Below are positions 62,144 through 64,000 of a stretch of 64,000 nucleotides of DNA, one piece after another. Numbering within the stretch: the stretch's first letter is position 1; every line of letters begins with the position of its first letter. Under the pieces are notes generated by a model that worked only from the letters and a program-made list of their open reading frames with translations, was not told where the DNA came from and searched no databases. The stretch spans positions 17,315-81,314 of the forward strand of contig JAJFHU010000038.1 in NCBI GenBank assembly GCA_021775455.1. Reading direction: 5' to 3'. The DNA comes from Hyphomicrobiales bacterium (lineage in GTDB: Bacteria; Pseudomonadota; Alphaproteobacteria; Rhizobiales; Rhizobiaceae). Made by a program: the position numbers and the translations under genes.

Positions 62144-62934
62144 CAATGTTTTCCAGCTGGATTCATTTGCCGCTTGATCACGCCTGAACCCATAAAACCA
62201 CCATCTATCGGCATAACCACCCCACTGACGTAAGCTGCCTCCCGACTGAGAAGAAACACCGCAACTGATGCCACTTCTTCGGGAGTGCCGTATCTGTTGA
62301 CTGGAATTCGATCGCAATATGATTGGCGGGTTTCATCGTCATGCATTTTTTTGACAAGTTCGGTTTCAATTGCACCTGGCGCCATCGCATTAACGGTTAT
62401 GCCAAGTTCTGCCAATTCAACCGCCATAACCCGCGTCATTGCATGCACACCTCCCTTGGTAGCGCCGTAGGCGGTCCGCCCGGTGCCTCCGCGTTCACCA
62501 GCAGCTGAACCCATCAACAATATTCGCCCGTAACCTTGTGGCGTCATGATTCTTGCCGCACCCTGAGCACACAAGAACGTACCGGTAAGGTTGATCGAGA
62601 TCAGTTGGTTCCATTCTTCCAGTGACGTATCAAGAATGGTTCTTTCAATCCCTATCCCGGCACAATGGGCAATTCCGTACAGTTCACCACTAAACTCCAA
62701 CGCTGAAGCAAACATGGCGTCCACATCAGATGGAATTGAAATATCGGCAGGAATTGCGATTGCCCTGTCACCAGCCGTGCCGCAAAGCTCTGCACCCATC
62801 GCCCTGGCCGCATCTGCATCGCGATCGACAATTACAACCCTTGCGTCCGCCTCCACCAGCTGACGGGCAATGGATTGTCCAATACCACTGGCGCCACCGG
62901 TAACGATTATTGTCTGATTGGTAAAATCCTGCAT
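62143..62934 (-). CDS. SDR-family oxidoreductase (FabG-like)
   Basis: TGGASGIGQS, NLTG, Y...K (YGATKGG), and PGAIET. Confidence 0.9.
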   Translation of the reverse strand: MQDFTNQTIIVTGGASGIGQSIARQLVEADARVVIVDRDADAARAMGAELCGTAGDRAIAIPADISIPSDVDAMFASALEFSGELYGIAHCAGIGIERTILDTSLEEWNQLISINLTGTFLCAQGAARIMTPQGYGRILLMGSAAGERGGTGRTAYGATKGGVHAMTRVMAVELAELGITVNAMAPGAIETELVKKMHDDETRQSYCDRIPVNRYGTPEEVASVAVFLLSREAAYVSGVVMPIDGGFMGSGVIKRQMNPAGKH

Positions 62935-62964
62935 CGTTCTCCCCCGATTATCTGGGCACGTTGG

Positions 62965-63753
62965 TCAAGGCCAAGAGTTAATTACATCTATAAATGCTTT
63001 TCGATCCTGCAAATAGGGCAACCGACCTTGTGCAATCTGAACCTGATCCACTTCGATTTCTGCCACTATCAATTCTTGTCCGTTTCCAGCCGCTGCCATT
63101 ACCTCACCCAGCGGGGCAACAATGCTGCTGCTACCCAAATAAGTGGTTCGGTTTTCTTCTCCCGCATGATTGGCGTACGCAACCCAAATCCCGTTTTCCA
63201 ATGCCCTTGTGCGAATAACGTTTTCTGCAACCACCGCCCAGTTTTCATCAAGTGCGGTCGGGACAGCCACAAGGTGAGCTCCCATAACTGCCAATTGACG
63301 TACGGCTTCTGCAAATTCAACCTCGTAGCAAATCAGCAAGCCGATCTTTATGCCTTTGAAATCAACCAACTCCGGTCTGGCATCGCTTAAGGTGAAATAC
63401 TCCGCCTCAAAAGACTCCGGTGCGTGTACACATTTGCGGTGATTGGCTGCTAGTGTGCCATCATCCAGAATGAAAGCGGCGGAATTATACAATACACCGT
63501 CTGTATACTCTGGATATCCAAAGATGATTGCTGTTGCGGTATCCAATGCAATTTTGCTGGCAAGCTGAAAATACAATCCGTCCGGTGGTTGAGCCAGGTC
63601 TCGCAACTGTTCACCAACATTGTAGCCAGATGCAAACAACTCCGGGCAAATGACCATATCCAGTTCGGCATCGGCAATTGCCTTGTGCAATTCATCGAAC
63701 CGCATTTCGGGCGACAAATAAGCTCCTGCAGACTGAAAGATTCCAAGTTTCAT
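62965..63753 (-). CDS. Carbon-nitrogen hydrolase (nitrilase superfamily)
   Basis: ICPELF (Glu), a HRK motif (AANHRKCV) and GLLICYEVEF (catalytic Cys) fit the E-K-C triad arrangement. Confidence 0.85.
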   Translation of the reverse strand: MKLGIFQSAGAYLSPEMRFDELHKAIADAELDMVICPELFASGYNVGEQLRDLAQPPDGLYFQLASKIALDTATAIIFGYPEYTDGVLYNSAAFILDDGTLAANHRKCVHAPESFEAEYFTLSDARPELVDFKGIKIGLLICYEVEFAEAVRQLAVMGAHLVAVPTALDENWAVVAENVIRTRALENGIWVAYANHAGEENRTTYLGSSSIVAPLGEVMAAAGNGQELIVAEIEVDQVQIAQGRLPYLQDRKAFIDVINSWP

Positions 63754-64000
63754 GTGGCAATTTTCCTGCCAGTGCCAGAACTCAGGATTGCATCCAGTGC
63801 CAAAGTAGCAATTGCCGTGTCCTGGGCACCAGTTCCCGTCAGGTCACAGATGGTAACATCATTTTTGCTTCGACGGCCCTGCACCTTTCCAGAAATGATA
63901 TCCCCGAGTTCTGCCGGATCACCGCGATCCCACAACCCTGCTTCCAATGCAGCTTCCAACTCTCCACTGGTCTTGCATTGGCTAACACGGTCAGCGACAT
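63750..64000 (-). CDS. Ornithine cyclodeaminase / mu-crystallin family protein, C-terminal part only (the gene continues beyond the window)
   Basis: The frame stays open to the window edge. The segment GEL..A...G.W.....AELG.II.GK..GR......T..DLTGTGAQD.AIA resembles the OCD C-terminus. The stop overlaps the downstream hydrolase start. Confidence 0.65.
   Translation of the reverse strand, partial: VADRVSQCKTSGELEAALEAGLWDRGDPAELGDIISGKVQGRRSKNDVTICDLTGTGAQDTAIATLALDAILSSGTGRKIAT

Overview
This 64-kb window looks like chromosomal DNA from an alphaproteobacterium of intermediate G+C, possibly marine. That lineage call is an inference from gene order and protein motifs.

Core region (8.1-33.3 kb, minus strand): a complete division/cell-wall (dcw) cluster, mraZ-rsmH-ftsL-ftsI-murE-murF-mraY-murD-ftsW-murG-murC-murB-ddl-ftsQ-ftsA-ftsZ. 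It is followed by lpxC-bamD-recN-ligA. This block looks entirely ordinary.

Flanks: metabolic and housekeeping genes, including class-III aminotransferases, an MBL hydrolase, a HisA-like isomerase, prmA, aminopeptidase P, a fused 5-oxoprolinase, cspA, PCu(A)C, ettA, SDRs, Lrp and a nitrilase-family hydrolase.

Accessory patches:
- 55.4-57.4 kb: a RelE/RHH toxin-antitoxin cassette, an orphan Cys-rich zinc-ribbon gene and a DpnI-like methyl-directed nuclease. A diverged remnant of the neighbouring SDR gene 5-prime end brackets the TA cassette.
- 39.6-42.1 kb: an AT-rich island encoding a compositionally mosaic lipoprotein, a small secreted protein and a secreted HExxH metalloprotease.
- 42.28-42.98 kb: an intergenic array of modular hairpin repeats whose stems covary while a GACTA loop is conserved, next to a truncated nucleotidyltransferase gene remnant.
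- 33.8-35.0 kb and 0.96-1.46 kb: two acidic putative calcium-binding or secreted proteins that share an AT-rich upstream motif.

I found no rRNA, tRNA, CRISPR array, transposase or integrase. The best candidate for something new is the zinc-ribbon + DpnI-like pair with its adjacent TA cassette, but it is a modest candidate, not a clearly novel multi-gene system.

All homology calls come from reading motifs by eye. No searches were run, and start codons are often uncertain because the ORF track reports the longest ATG/GTG/TTG ORFs.
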